The notes under the pieces: generated by a model | Seen by the model: the letters and a program-made list of their open reading frames with translations, nothing else | Databases searched by the model: none | What the model was told of the DNA's origin: nothing | Assembly: GCA_009914755.4 (NCBI GenBank) | Contig: CP068257.2 | Location: forward strand, 12,032,001 to 12,096,000 | From: the human T2T-CHM13v2.0 reference genome, Homo sapiens | Length of the DNA stretch: 64,000 bases | Reading direction: 5' to 3' | Program-made: the position numbers and the translations under genes | Shown: positions 23,830 to 46,128 of the stretch, one piece after another | Numbering within the stretch: the stretch's first letter is position 1 | Layout of the letters: every line of letters starts with the position of its first letter

Positions 23830-26800
23830 TAGTGTCAAAAATTCTTTTGGGAACTTTTGAGTTGTCAACCAATAGTTGTAAGCATATTGGATATTGCTGT
23901 TTTTCTCCTGGTGCTCTGGTTATAATCTCTCCTATTAATACCTGTAGTCTTATTGTTGTAGTTATTTTTTCTATTGATTTCTGAGATATAATAATTAGAA
24001 TTGTCAAATTGTGGATTTATGCATTTATTCTTTTAATTCAATAACTTTTGCTTCATGTATTTTGCTGTTTTTCTTAGGTGCATGCATGCTTATGCTTATT
24101 AGGTTTTCTAAGCAAATGGGCTTATTGGTATAAAACATCCTTCTTTATCCCTGGTGATGCTTGTCTTTCTTGCAGTGTGTCTTACCTGCCATTAATACAC
24201 TGGCTGCAGTTTTTGATAAAAAAGATTGCATAGTGTATATTTGTCCATCTTTTCAGTTCGAATCTATTTATATCTTTATCTCATAAGTGTATTTCTTTTT
24301 AAAAGTGGATATTGAGGTTTCCTTTTTACCTACTTTGACAGTCTGTGTTCCGCCTTCCTGATCTTCTTCTGGATTATTGCAGTTTTGGTTTGTTTGTTTG
24401 TTTTATGGGGTTTTCTTTTTTTTTTTTAGTATGGATTTTGTACCCTGTTTTTTTTTTTAACTATGACTTTGTTTCATTTATTTATTTTTGGTGAGTTGTT
24501 CAGAAATTAAAATATAAATACTTAATGTATATTAAATATCATAACACTGTATATAAAATATAAAAACCTTACCTTACCATCCTCTCATCTTTTGTGCCAT
24601 GTTGTCATAGATTTTTCTTCTGTACGTGTTGTAATTCCTGGAGGATGTCATCCAAACAGTAATTTCCCCTCCACATATTTACTATTTTTGGCACATTTTC
24701 ATCTTTTCTGTGAACTAGAATTTCCAATTATTATTTTTCTTCATCCTGATCAAGTTTCTTTTGCATTTATCGTGGTTTGGGTTCGATGGCAACACAGTCT
24801 CACAGACTTTCTTTAACTGAAAATGTACTTTTCTCAACTTCAGTTCTGAAGGCTGCTTCAGCAGGTTCAGAATTCTAGGGACACTTTTGACTTTGAACAG
24901 CATCTCTGGGTACCATCTAACATATTATTATATCCAGTTGTGTCAAATCTGTCATCGGCCATAGAACCCTTTGACAGGTGCTTCTTGTTGCTTCAGTTCT
25001 AAGTATTTCATAGTCTTCAGAGACATGGAGAAGTAGCAGTGCTAGTAACAGTACTAGTGAAACCAGGTTAAGCCCTAAAATAATTAAGAAGCCATTGCAT
25101 GCACACACGTGAACGTTTGACTTCAGCTAAAATGCTTTCAAATGTACTATTTTATCTTTATACAAGGCCATAACACAAATTACAATTTTAAAAATACTTT
25201 CACTTTACATATGTGAAAACTGCAGCTCAAAGAATTTAAAAGACAAGATTGAAATCCCATGAGTAGGTAAAGATGGTCAAGTCTGGAGCCCGCATGTCTT
25301 GGTGCCCCCCACACCCTGTTACAGAGAGTGCGAGGCTTCACCAGAAAGCTCTTTCGGCTCAAGGATTAGCTCTGGGGAAGTGCAGCAGGCAGGCCTGCTT
25401 TGCAACCTTTTTTCCAGCAGAAATCCAATGTTTGTTCACGTTTCTAGTTCTTTTAGTTTTGTTTTGTTTCTTACCAGTATGGCTCTGGGAGTTATTTACA
25501 AAATTTAATTTTAAAAGAGACACTCCCCATCATTAGGGTTCCTTGGAAACTTATAAAAAAATAAATAAATACTGGTAGATGAGAAACTTCTGCAAAATTG
25601 TTAGTTATATGTGTAATACATCTAATTGTAACTAAAGAAATGTGTATTACGGTAATAATTTAATTTATTATTGTCATTTTCTTGCCAGATTTGAGGGCAT
25701 TTTTTTAAGCTCTCCACATGTGGTTTACTGTGGACCAAACACTGGCAGCTTCAGGCTTACAATCTGCTGACAAATCCTTCTTAGTTCGTTCACTTTGAAG
25801 AATGTGAGCATGCACTGCTCATGTGCGTGGCAAGCATGCAACCTGATCAGGAGAAGGACAGTGACCACTCACGTCATCAGGTGAACTTGTGACGAGGCCA
25901 TCAAGAGGCTGCACATGTGCTCCAGAAAATGAAATTCCCACTATCAACCTATTTTCCATTTCCACCCAATGGCCCACCCCTGCTCCAAAGCCGTGTCTCC
26001 ACCTCTTAGGAATGCTTGATTTTCAGTATTGCTGAACAGGGGTCAAAGAAAACAAACTGAACAAAGAAACAAATAAAGCCTTTAACCCGGGAGCAAAGAC
26101 ACAGCACCTCCCCACTCCGCAACAGCTCCAGAGCTGCACAGCTGCTGCCAGAGCCTGAGCACAGGCCTGAACTCTGGCCCATGGATCTCACCAATGCATT
26201 TCTTCCCTCTGTGCCAAAAAAAGTATCGATAAATGGGATTCATTTACTTGGGACATAAAATAATGTATACCTATAGTTTTCTCCCAGAACTGTGTAAACC
26301 GGCATGCTGTCTGCCACAATACAGTCCTCACCCTGCATCAGGAGCTCAGATGGGGGAAGCCAGCAGGGCTGGATGCCTGAGAGTCACAGGTGCTTGGAGG
26401 GGAGAGAAAAGCACCACGGAGAGCCAGGCCCTGCCTACAAGTCACATTTCTAGGGGTCTAATGGTCTGGGCAGGCTGGGAGATGCTCTCTAAAGGAAAGG
26501 CAAGAAATATTGCCCCACGTCTCCCACCACCAAACAGAAAGTGCAGGTGGTCAGCCCCAGGGCTCACCTGCCCTTTGCCAGGGTCATGAGTCAGGCCCAG
26601 GCTGCGCCCTCCACACAATCCTCAAGGAGAGTTCCTGCCAGGCTGGGACAACTGCACTGGGACCTGATGCCCTGGGAAGGACAGGGTTGCATTTAACAGA
26701 AACAGCTAAACCTGAAGGGATGAGTTTGCCTTTCCCCGGGGCCATGGGATGGTTTATAGAAAGTTCTACCCATCAGGACAAGACCTCACATGACACCATC

Positions 26801-29800
26801 AGAGGAACTGATTTCACGCCACAGAGGGAGGAAGAGGGCACATGCCATAGGTCCACTGGTCACAGCACACACATGCTCCTGGGAGCTTCAGACCCAGCAG
26901 TGTGGCTCAGGTGCCAGGTCAGGATGTGGGAGGACACAGTGTCTGCATGAATCTGTCACCTTTGTTAGCTGCCTTGTCCCACCAGGTAGAAGATGTGGCA
27001 ATTGGAGCACAGCAGTAGGAAGCCCAGTGTCCCCCAACCTTCCACATCATACCCAGGACCTCTGAGGTGCATCTATATCCTGCACATCTAGGCTCTGAAA
27101 AGCAGGAGGTCCTGGTTTCCACAGCTGTGGGGCTTCTAGCCAGGGCAGGGCCAGGTTCTCTGAAAAAAACAAGCTCTGGGTGCTGCTTTGTCCTCAGGCT
27201 GCTCCTCCATGGGACCTGCGGGCAGAAAAATGGGTACCACCTGGACCATGGTGTCAGCAGGAGCAGGGCTGCGCTGCCTGGGGAAGAAAGGGCTCCACGC
27301 AAGTACCTCCTGGTACACAGCACTTGATGGCATGTGGACAAGTGCGGGAGCCCTAGACCAAGGACTCTGTGGTGGGCAAGGCTGAGGGCCCCTTAGGGGT
27401 GAGGGCCTGGGTTACACCACCAGGGGGTCACCAGGACCCTCAGCAGAAGGTGGAGGGGGTGGTGATCATTACCTGTGCAACCCTGAGATGGGTGGCAGCC
27501 ACAGAACCTAGGGTTCATTGAACCCCCCTTTTGTAACTAGTGCCCAGGAAAAGGCCTAGAATTTAATAAAGACAAGGCCCCTGTCAGTGGAGTGCTGGAT
27601 GGGGCGCACCCCCTGGGGCACACCTGAACCTCCCCCAGGGCCTTGGCTGTGAGCTTTGATTGTAGACACACCTATGCCACGGCCCCTTCAGACTGCTCCC
27701 TTCACCTCTGAAAAACCAAACAGGATGCTTCTGTTCCTGGAAACGTGAATGCCCTTCGTGTGTTTTTTACTTTGACTAGAAACTCATCTGCAGCTGAAAT
27801 ATATGCAGAGACCTCGTGTGCTCCCAAGATTTCCAGGCATCTCTGAGAGTTTGCTTTTCAGTTCCCAGAAGGTGTGAGAGCTCCAAAGCATGTGCTGCTG
27901 GTTTCTCAACTTAGTGTATTTTAGCTCCCTGTGGACAGCATGTTTCTAGCCCCCTTGCACACGCTTGGATCGGATTTTTGAAAAAGCCAAGGGTGGGAGG
28001 CAGAATGATGTGGAATGGGCAGAAACTATGACTAAAGGCTGGCCTCATCCCAGGAGGAGATAGAATGCATTAGCCCAGTGACAGTGCCAGGGAACCCATG
28101 CAGCAGCCTAGGGAAGGTCATGGAATGGAGCTGGGGTTTCGGCTGTCACCATCCCAGGGTTAGACTCAGCCAGGTGAACAGCTGATTCTCCTCCACAGAA
28201 CCCTTGGGCTGGCACAAAACATGCAATTCACAGTGAGAGAAAGACCATTCCTGTCCACCCCTTGTAGCCTCCACACACCTGAGCCCATACCTGACATATC
28301 CCAGAACAAGACTCCACAGCTATGCATCTGTTCTCTCCAGGGCATTTTATGATGAGAGAGGGATTTACTTAATATGATGAAAATAGAAGAGGAAATGACC
28401 TTGACAAGTACATAGTTCCACACCCGCCATCCAGAGCCTAGGAATAGTGCTCAGCCAGGGCCCGGCCCTTCTAGGGCTCTGGGAAGCTGCAGTGAAGGTG
28501 GGGTTGGGACAAGCAAGAGTGGCCATTTGCAGGCAGTGTGGGCACCAGGCCATCTGCAGGGGAAAAGCCCAGTGGGAGGATGAGACGACAGCAGAAACCT
28601 CGCAGGGGCTATGCACCCCCTCCCCGTGGGAAGGGGATACCCTCCCAGGTGGAGCCACTGTTTACATTGAAATCACTCAAGTCCATCACCAGGAAACACA
28701 AAGAGGACTGTCTTGCCAGAGATTAGTGATCTGGGACTTAAACAAAATGCCAGTCAGCAAATGAGAGGATTCTTAGTTCCACAGGCCTCATGTCTATAGT
28801 TGCAGTAAGCAAGACTGAACTCAGCCATGCTCACCTGCAGACACTGAGATGCTTGCTAGGAGGCTGTGGGGTGGAATACAAGACACGAGGGCTGACAAGG
28901 ATGGGAAGAGCATCCCTTTCCTGGCTAGGGGCCTTGGCCAATTCAAAAATAGATAACATGGGGTCTCAGAGCTCCTGAGGCAAGAGCTACGTAGGCATTC
29001 AGAGATACCTGGATGATGGCATTGTCTTCAGTAGAACCTTGAAAAAGCACCAGGGACTCCCAGGCAACTTAGCTTAAATCTGTCTTGAGTAGAGCTGGTC
29101 TTTGGGATCTCCATCAAGTGGGTGATGCCTTTACCACCATGATAGCACATTATAAAGTTGGCCTTGCTAGCAGCAGGGACAGGCCTGATGTCACTGATCC
29201 TGAGGCAAGCATCTTATAAACCCATATAATTTAATTTTGCATAGGCTCAAGCTCATCACTGAGATCATCCTTTGTATGATGATCCATGAGGCCACCGTGA
29301 ACAGCATGGATGGACCCAGGCCATGGAGGGGCCCTCTTCATCCTGGATGAGGAGCCCACAGTGGCCATTGCCCCTCAGTCAGAATAAAATCAAGACAAAA
29401 GCAATCAGAAGACCCATACACCATGAGGCTGAGCCATTTTTCAAAGATGTCAAAATAGGAAAATACTAAAATGGAAGAAAACCCAGAATCCCATCCCCTG
29501 ACTTGCTCCAGAGGCCTCCCCAACTCCAGGCCACCAGGAGCAGGGGCCCTGCAGAGGAACTCTCCCTGGGTAGAAATTCGCTGGTTTTTGCCTTCCACCA
29601 GATGTTGGCAACTTCAATTTCATCTTTTTTGGCATTAGAGCTAATGTTAAAATGACTCAGGTCAAAAAAGAGTGATGTGCTGCAGCCCTGACAATGCTCC
29701 CAGTGAGAATTTGTGCAAAACTCTTCCCTGGATCTACAAAACCAGGTCCAGGCAGGGTGTTGGGGCTGTGACGACTGCATCTCTGCCTCCTCCTCTCTGC

Positions 29801-30586
29801 AGTGCGGCCTCTTCACAGGCAGAGCATTCATTCCTCTTTAGCTTCTCACCAGCCCAGGATGCAGGGAAGAAGTAGCTTATCAGCACAGTCTTGGAATATT
29901 TTTACCTTACCAGCTGGGCTCCTATGAACAATGTGTCCAGCTATAGGTAAACAATGTGTGCAAATAATGTGAGAGTGACAGCACCATGTCAGAACCATGC
30001 AAGAAGCTGGCCAGAGGCACAAGCAGCAGATGGGATGCTGATGGGGGTGACCAAAATACAGTATGGGGCAGCTGCGTGCCATGATCAATCTGCAGGGGTA
30101 GGGAAAAAAATAACTCTCGGCCTGGCTAACATTTGCGTGGGGGAACAGTGACCCAAGTCCCCAGGAGAACGTTGAAGAGAACCACGGTTTATTGTGAAAG
30201 GGAAAAGTAACCGCAGAGGCAGAGTTTTCTTTCTGCTTCTAAGCAGATGGGAGGGGTGTAGCCTGCAGAACCAAGGGTGTGGGGGTCCTAGAATGTTGTT
30301 GGTGGTTGTTCAGCAAAGGGCTTCGCTTCTCGGCCTGCAGAACTTTCCGCCCGTGAGTGTGGGTTACATCTATACATACACAGGAAATCATATACTCCCA
30401 CTCAGCCACCCACATCTAAACATGGTAGTATTAGGAAAAATAGGAAAGCAACATCCTACTAGATTACATTGTTTACAGTGAAACCATTTAAGCCCCTGAG
30501 CCTCTGTGTCACCAATTAACACTGTGTGTAAGGAGAATGCCTGCCCCGTGGGGGTTTGTAAAGACAAAATGTAAAAATAAAATGTA

Positions 30587-30750
30587 GGCTGGGTGCGATG
30601 GCTCACGCCTGTAATCCCAGCACTTTGGGAGGCCGAGGAGCACGGATCACGAGATCAGGAGATCGAGACCATCTTGGCTAACATGGTGAAACCCTGTCTC
30701 TACTAAAAAAATAAATAAATAAATAAATAATAAATTATAAAATAAAATGT
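30587..30750 (+). mobile_element. Alu left monomer (FLAM-like or 3'-truncated Alu) with an (AAAT)n tail
   Basis: ggctgggtgcgatggctcacgcctgtaatcccagcactttgggaggccgagg...ggtgaaaccctgtctctactaaaaaaataaataaataaataaataat. Confidence 0.8.
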
Positions 30751-33099
30751 AGTGTGCTTGGTAAACTAAAGTTCTAAATAAATATTAGTTGTTACTATTA
30801 CTATGTCAGAAGTACTAGTCACAAGACTGGAATACTTCACTTGAATAAGAACTCAGTGCAAAGAAGTTGGACAAATCGGTGAGTTTGAAACTGCAACAGG
30901 ACTAAAAATATGCCAATTAATTTATTAATGTATTCATATTTATTAACTTATTTATATTCAAATGAATTAAATATTTAGTGCATGCTTGGACCTGGGAACA
31001 CACAGCCATCAGTGCCACACGAACTCTGTCCTCACTGCAGTTGTTTTCAGATGACCTCAGAGGAAAATAAGAGGGAAACCACTGGCAATTTCCTTCCGTT
31101 GATACCTTAGCTGACTACATAGCTCATGTTAGGTCGGTCTTAATGAGGAAATCAGAATATTCGGGGCTTCAGTATTAAAACTACAAATCTCTATAGCAAG
31201 CATTCAGAGCTCTTTGGATTAGACATCAGTGGCTGCAGTAATGTTACCTGAGAAACCCACACACTTTCTGAACACTGGCATGAGTATCCTTTCCTTTCGG
31301 TCCACTATATATGGAAAAACACTTTCACCCATCACCCTAAGTGTCCCAAACTGCAGAAGAGGCAGATAGTAGCCAGCTAGTCCCTGTCAAAGGCCCATTG
31401 CCTTTTTCTGGGTCAGCCTGGTCCACCCAGCCTGAGGTGCTCTCTGAGACAGCCTAGCCACCACGCCACATGCCCTTCAGCCTAATCAGAGCATCAGGAT
31501 GCTGTGCACGGCCATTAGCTGGGGTGACTCAGAATTATCTGCTGTAGAACAGGGCTCTGAGTGAAGGATGTGGTCACTCAGACCACATAGATGGTTCAAG
31601 CTCTTACTCCTCTGTCAGCTCAGAGCCTGCACAGTGGAAAGGAAGTGCATCTATTGATTTCTTGGCCAAAAGAACTAGTTAATACATTTTTAAAAACTTT
31701 GACATTTTGTTTTAAAGCAACAGTGGGCCTTGTTTAACTAAAATCTCATTTCTCCAGCCTAATTTTGCTGGAAAGGCCCCAAACCAAGGCAAGCCCCTGG
31801 AGGAGAGAGAGCAGCTAGGATGCTGGCACCAGATGGCTTTGTTCCCCAGCCTTCAATATACTCAGTTAGAAAATAACCACATCAGAGGTTTGATAAGATT
31901 ATCCCCCAGGCCATTTTTCAGGTCTAAATGTTACCATATTTTATACGAGAATACGGTATTTGAATCAACTCTCAGGGGACCCAGCCTTCAGGAGACACTG
32001 AAGGAATACAGACATTTTTTCTAGCTTCAAAAGCATGGTTTGCAAACTGGCTTGTTCTTTGCCGGAGAAAACCACACACGTGGCCATTGACGCCCTTGAT
32101 TGGCAGAGTTGATGGGATTTTCTCTGGCTCTCACCTTGAGGGCATCATCAGCATCCTGAAGTCACTTGCAGGCCTCTGTGCAGATGTCCTTTCGAGGGGC
32201 TTCAGGCTGTGGAAGTGACCAGTGAACACAGGACCTGCCTGGACTCCCAGCCTCACAGCACAGCACCACAGCCTGGACTGCCCTCTGCCTGATACTTGCT
32301 TGGTTTGGAACTTTACTCCATCAAAGCATCCAAATAAAAATATGTAGACTCCCCACCCTATCCCATCTGCTATAGGGTTCTAATTCCCCCACAGCCATCC
32401 CATCACAGTGCTTTCCCCCATGACGGGGGACCCCTGCCCTGGACTCCATCCCTCCCCTACTGGAAAAGCACAGGTGCTGTGGCATGAGTTCAACCGACTG
32501 AAATTCCCTGATCTTCACAGTAATAATTCTAAAATAGGGCAACAATACCCCTGTCAGTGTTCTTGGAAGAACCTCTCATTACTTGAGGCCCCAGAAATGC
32601 AAACACCCTCCTGTTTTCCAGTGTGCTGTCAACCCTGGCATCAGAGCTGTTCCTGCCATGGACACTGGTAATTGACTTACTGGAGAAAGTCAAGCTTTTA
32701 AGTCCCAGGAATAAAGGGTTCCTATTTCCTTAAGCTGTGTTTATTTTTACACCATTGCTGGTAGAGTCAATGTGTACTGAGTGAAGATGAGGCAAAAGTG
32801 TCAAAGAGTGATTTCCAATAAGATGAAAAGTGATCTGCAGTTTCCACTTCCTTAACCAGCAGGAAACGTCTCTCCTGTAGCAACGGACAGTGGAGGCAGT
32901 GGCGCTCAGTGTGGGGCCTCCTGGCTGAAGGAGGGGACAATATGGTGTCCCATCTCCCGAGATGCTGTATGCACCTCACCTGGCTGGTGATTTACTTGAA
33001 AGAAACCCATGTGTGGAGTAGGGAGTGCTGCCTTTGGCATCTACCCATGTCCTGCTCTGGACTCTGCCTCTTAGCAAGGGTGACTTGTGGGCCCAACTC

Positions 33100-33191
33100 A
33101 CCTGGTGGCTGTGAGCCACTGCACTCCAGCCTGGGCAACAGAGTGAGGCCTTGTGTGAAAATAAAATAAAATAAAATATAAAAATAAAAAT
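33100..33191 (+). mobile_element. Alu 3'-end fragment with an (AAAAT)n tail
   Basis: gtgagccactgcactccagcctgggcaacagagtgaggccttgtgtgaaaataaaataaaataaaatat. Confidence 0.75.
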
Positions 33192-33192
33192 G

Positions 33193-33497
<305 letters not shown>

Positions 33498-33804
33498 TAA
33501 GTCATTCATCAATTTTATGTATCTACTATTTCTTCTCCCATTCCATAAAGCCTACAGTCATACAACAGAAAGGGAAAATCAGGACAGCCACATATAAATA
33601 AAGGTGCAAAGTTGAGGCAGGAGTGGACCTTAAGGGCCAAGCAGAGGTCATTGCTGAGCCCTGGTCATTTAGCCCTGGGCTTTCTGGAAGCCAGAGTGAA
33701 AAGAGAGACACAATCAGCTGCATAAGAGTTATCAAAAAGCAGGAAGCGCGCTGGTTTTCCTGGTAGTAAAGCAAGGGCTTTCCAAGAATTTACCTCTAAA
33801 GTAA

Positions 33805-34098
<294 letters not shown>

Positions 34099-34352
34099 CT
34101 AAAGTAATTTCTTACTTGAGATTTTATTTCAGGCTACTGTGTCATGCACTGGGCAGTACAGCCTGGTGGGTGAGAGCACAGTGGTTTTTTTTGTTTTGTT
34201 TTGTTTTGTTTGTCTTCTGGGTTTGGGTTTGAATTTTAATACGTGCAATTTATTCTGTGCTTCACTTTCTTCATCTGTAACATGGAGATAACGGCGTCTA
34301 CCTATTAAAGTTGTGAAGATTCAATTAGATGAGTTGTATGAATAAGTGTTAG

Positions 34353-34772
<420 letters not shown>

Positions 34773-35096
34773 TAAGTGGAGTGAAAAAACAATAAACATT
34801 GAAAATAAATTTCAGAAAGTGCTGTGGAAAAACTTTACAACAGATGCAGGAATAGATTTCATTTGACTAGTTCTCCCAGTTTCCAGAAAAATCAAGGGTA
34901 GAATGTTAAAAGGCAACTCAGAGGTGAATCTGTTAGGGCCTACGGTAATGCAATCCTGGTTTGTGGAATTCCGCAGGCTAGTGTGGGTAGGTTACAATTT
35001 TGGGGGGAGGGCTTTATTTTGTTTGAAAATTCACTTCTTCCCGCTAAGCTTTTGATTAGGAGCTGAAGTTGAATCAGTTTGAAATTGTATTCTGGA

Positions 35097-35412
35097 TCGA
35101 GTGCGGTGCTTCATGCCTGTAATCCCAGTGCTTTGGGAGGCCGAGGTGGGTGGATTGCTTGAGCCCAGGAGTTCGAGACCAGCCTGGACAAAATGGCAGA
35201 AACTCCATGTCTACAAAAAATACAAAAATTAGCCGGGCATGATGTTCTGCGCCTGTAGTCCCAGCTACTCAGGAGGCTGAGGTGGGAGGATCGCTTGAGC
35301 CCAGGAGGCGGAGTTTGCAGTGAGCTGAGATGTCACTGCATTCCAGCCTGGGAGACAGAGCCAGACTCTGTCTCAAAAGAAAAAAAGAAAAAAAAAAAAG
35401 AAAAGAAAAAAC
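35097..35412 (+). mobile_element. Alu SINE with a poly-A/(GAAAA) tail
   Basis: ggatcgagtgcggtgcttcatgcctgtaatcccagtgctttgggaggccgaggtgggtgg ... cattccagcctgggagacagagccagactctgtctcaaaagaaaaaaagaaaaaaaaaaaag. Confidence 0.9.
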
Positions 35413-35619
35413 GAAATTGTATTCTGAATACATCTTCTAAAACACTACATTTACTTGCACTATATTAAACTGGTTTTATCCTGACCACAATTGCAGGTGA
35501 AAGATACCACTGTTGTTCTATTTTTCTGGTAAGTAGAGTGAGCCATGTCTTCCCCAGGGAAAGACGCCTCCTAAAAATTTGTAGGACCACCTTTGGTTTT
35601 CTTCCAGATATTTTTTTTG

Positions 35620-36570
35620 TCATCGCTTTTCCTGCGCCCAATTCCCATCTGTCTAGCCCTTCTGCCTCCGCTCGTCTTTTTCGCGAGCCTCTCCCCAGCC
35701 GCAGGTATTCGTCTGGGCTGCAGCCCCTCCCATCTCCTGGGGCGTGACCACCTGTCCAGGCCCCGCCCCCGTCCAACCCGCGGAGACCCGCCCCCTTCCC
35801 CGGACACCGGGTTCAGCGCCCGAGCGTGCGAGCGCGTCCCCGCTCGTCGCCCGGCTCGGCGTCGGGAGCGCGCTCTGTGTGGTCGCTGCTGCAGTGTTGT
35901 TGTGGCTGTGAGAAGGCGGCGGCGGCGGCGGAGCAGCAGCCGGACCAGACTCCCTAGTAGCTCAGGCGCTGCCCTGCGCCGGCCCTGGCAGGGAGCCTGG
36001 TGAGATGGTGGAGGAGGAGGCTGTGCCGTGGCTGGCCTTGCTGTGTCCTGCTGCCTGGTTAGAACCCCATCCCCGTCCCCCGTCTCCTCCGGGGGGTGAG
36101 GAGGAGCTGGAAGAGGGGCCGGCCTCTGTCCGGCCCGGCCAGGCGGCCGTCACCCTCTGAGGAGGCAGCGCCCGGGGAGGGGCCTCCCAGGCGGCCGCCG
36201 CCGCCAGGGGGAGGCGCTGGGAGTGGGAGTGGGAGCGGGACCTCAGCTGCCAAGCTCGGCCCGGACCCTAGGTGCGGGGGAGGCGGGGTCCCGGGCTCGG
36301 GCTGCCTGCCCGGACCTGGCGGGGATGGGCCCGTGCGGCTCCGGGTGTGGGACGTACCCTCAGAGCGCCCGGGGTTATTCCCACTGACTCCAGGGAGGTG
36401 AGTGTGCGCCCTTCGCTCCCTGCCGTGTCTGTGAGGGTCCATCGTTGCCGGAGACTGGAGGTCGGGGGCCATGGGAGCCCCGGGGCGAACGGTGCGGACA
36501 TGGGCCTTGTGGAAAGGAGGAGTGACCGCCTGAGCGTGCAGCAGGACATCTTCCTGACCTGGTAATAATT
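35620..36570. promoter_or_regulatory. Strong CpG island with a (GGC)5 tract; candidate promoter and first exon of an unidentified transcript
   Basis: Dense CpG content (cgcggagacccgccccc, gcgtgcgagcgcgtccccgctcgtcgcccggctcggcgtcgggagcgcgc). A ggcggcggcggcggcgg tract lies at about 35914-35930. GT donor-like contexts occur on the + strand at about 36000 (CCTGgtgagatgg), 36398 (CAGGGAGgtgagtgtg) and 36563 (CCTGgtaataattaggtgag). Confidence 0.6.
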
Positions 36571-37029
36571 AGGTGAGAAGGATGGTTGGGGGCGGTCGGC
36601 GTAACTCAGGGAACACTGGTCAGGCTGCTCCCCAAACGATTACGGTGTTATTTCTCCGGTAGAAATTTTGCTTGGTGTATGGCACTTCCGGACCCATAAG
36701 ATGATGTCAGTTGTATTTTGGGCTGGAAAAATTATGTCAAAATTATGGGGTAGATTTTATGGCCACATTAATAGACTCCCCTGGAGTTTGATAATCTCAC
36801 TTGTGAGTTTTGGACATGAACTACTATTACATATTGATGTTCGAATGTCGTTTCCAGACCCAGACCTAAATTCTTACTGTTCTAGTATCTTGATATCCAC
36901 TTTGTTTTCTGACATCTATTTTTCCACAACCCAAACAAACAAAACCCCAAAACCATATACTTTTCCAGTTGAGGTTCAACTTTCTCACAGTAAATCCCTT
37001 CCCATCTGGGATTACAGGAGTAATAGCAA

Positions 37030-37300
37030 CACAGTGTGTGTTTATAGATAGCAGCAATAATACATTTATTATATATAATATAATAAATGTATTAATATTA
37101 TATATTTGTATATATACAAATATATATAATTACATATATTTATTAAATATATAAGTAAAAATTTATTATATATAAATTTTAATTTATATATAAAATTACA
37201 TATATAGTAATATGTATTGAAATACATATTACTATAAATGTAATATGTATTTCATTTGTGTATATGTCAATATACACAAATGGAAGCAATGACTACGTAA
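37030..37300. repeat. AT-rich low-complexity / (TA)n-like tract with internal inverted repeats
   Basis: aatacatttattatatataatataataaatgtattaatattatatatttgtatatatacaaatatatataat... contains the palindrome agtaatatgtattgaaatacatattactat. Confidence 0.85.
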
Positions 37301-37321
37301 TAAGTGCTAAGTCTTTTTTGT

Positions 37322-37500
37322 TCTTGTTGTTTTGAGATCAAGTGTCACTCTTGTTTCCCAGGCTGGAGTGCAATGGTGCAATCTCGGCTACTGCAACCAC
37401 TGCTGCCCGAGTTCAATCGATTCTCCCCTCAGCCTCCCAAGTAGCTGGGATTACAGGTGTGTGCCACCACACCCGGCTAATTTTTGTATTTTTAGTAATT
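37322..37500 (-). mobile_element. Partial Alu (reverse orientation)
   Basis: ttttgagatcaagtgtcactcttgtttcccaggctggagtgcaatggtgcaatctcggctactgcaacc ... gattacaggtgtgtgccaccacacccggctaatttttgtatttttagtaa. Confidence 0.8.
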
Positions 37501-38177
37501 TTCCCCAGTGTGTGGCTTGGCTTTTCACTCTCTAAATGGTGTCTTTTGATGAACAGAAATTGTTAATTTTATGAAAGTTTAATTTATCAATTATGGTTAG
37601 TTATAGTTATGTACAATTTGGAAAATCATTGCCTATCCCAACATTATAAAAATAATGTCCTACATTCTTTTTTAAGAGGTTACATTATTTTACATTTCTC
37701 AGCAGGGTCTCAGATCTAGTTGATGTGATTTTTTCAAATCACAAACTCACTTTTGTATAGGGTTTGAGGAGGGGTCAAAATAAATTTTTCCTCATAGATA
37801 TCCAGTTGATCCAGCACCTTTTATTGAAAAGGCCATTCCTCACACTAAATTGTAGTAGTGCTTTTGTCAAAAATCAGGTGACTGTATATAGAAAGGTCTG
37901 TTTCTGATCTGTTTTCTGTTTTATTATTCTAGGTGTCCATGCTTGTTCTAATACCTTACTATTTGATTTACTTTAGCTTTATACCAAGTTTTGATGTTTA
38001 ATCATGTAAATCCTCAACCTTTGTTCTTTTTCAAAGTTATCTTGGCTATTAAATTCTTGGTATTTCTAAATATAGTTTTAAAACAGTGTCAGACAATGCT
38101 TTTTTATTATTTAAAGATGAGATACTAAGTACCTGAACACAATGACAAATTCTGTGATCTTCTGAAACTAACCTCCG

Positions 38178-45417
<7,240 letters not shown>

Positions 45418-45772
45418 AATTTAGTGGACAAAGTGAGTAGCTATCTTTTCTGCTTTCATCTCACTAAATCTAGTTTAATAATCAGATTGCAATAACATAA
45501 TAAATTTTATAGTAAGATTGTATATAATTACCTATATATTGGAAGACAAGGGAAAATTTATAACTGTGAGTGCTGATGAAGCTAACATATTACCTGCATT
45601 TTGAAGTGTGAATGAACATTCAACAGGAATGCACTTATTTCATGGAATAAGATGTAAGATGTAAGAGATATGAAAGAAAAATATGAGTAATGTAATAAGT
45701 AATGCTTTAAAAAAAAGTAGGGAAGCCATTAATGTACTGTGACTGTTACATTATGTTCAAAATGAGAACTAA

Positions 45773-46128
<356 letters not shown>

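Noticed and set aside
35593-36472. ORFs 35593-36003(+) with a poly-Arg run and 36059-36472(-) Pro/Gly-rich
   Set aside because: They are driven by the (GGC)n tract and CpG-island composition. No recognisable domain. More likely UTR or promoter sequence than CDS.
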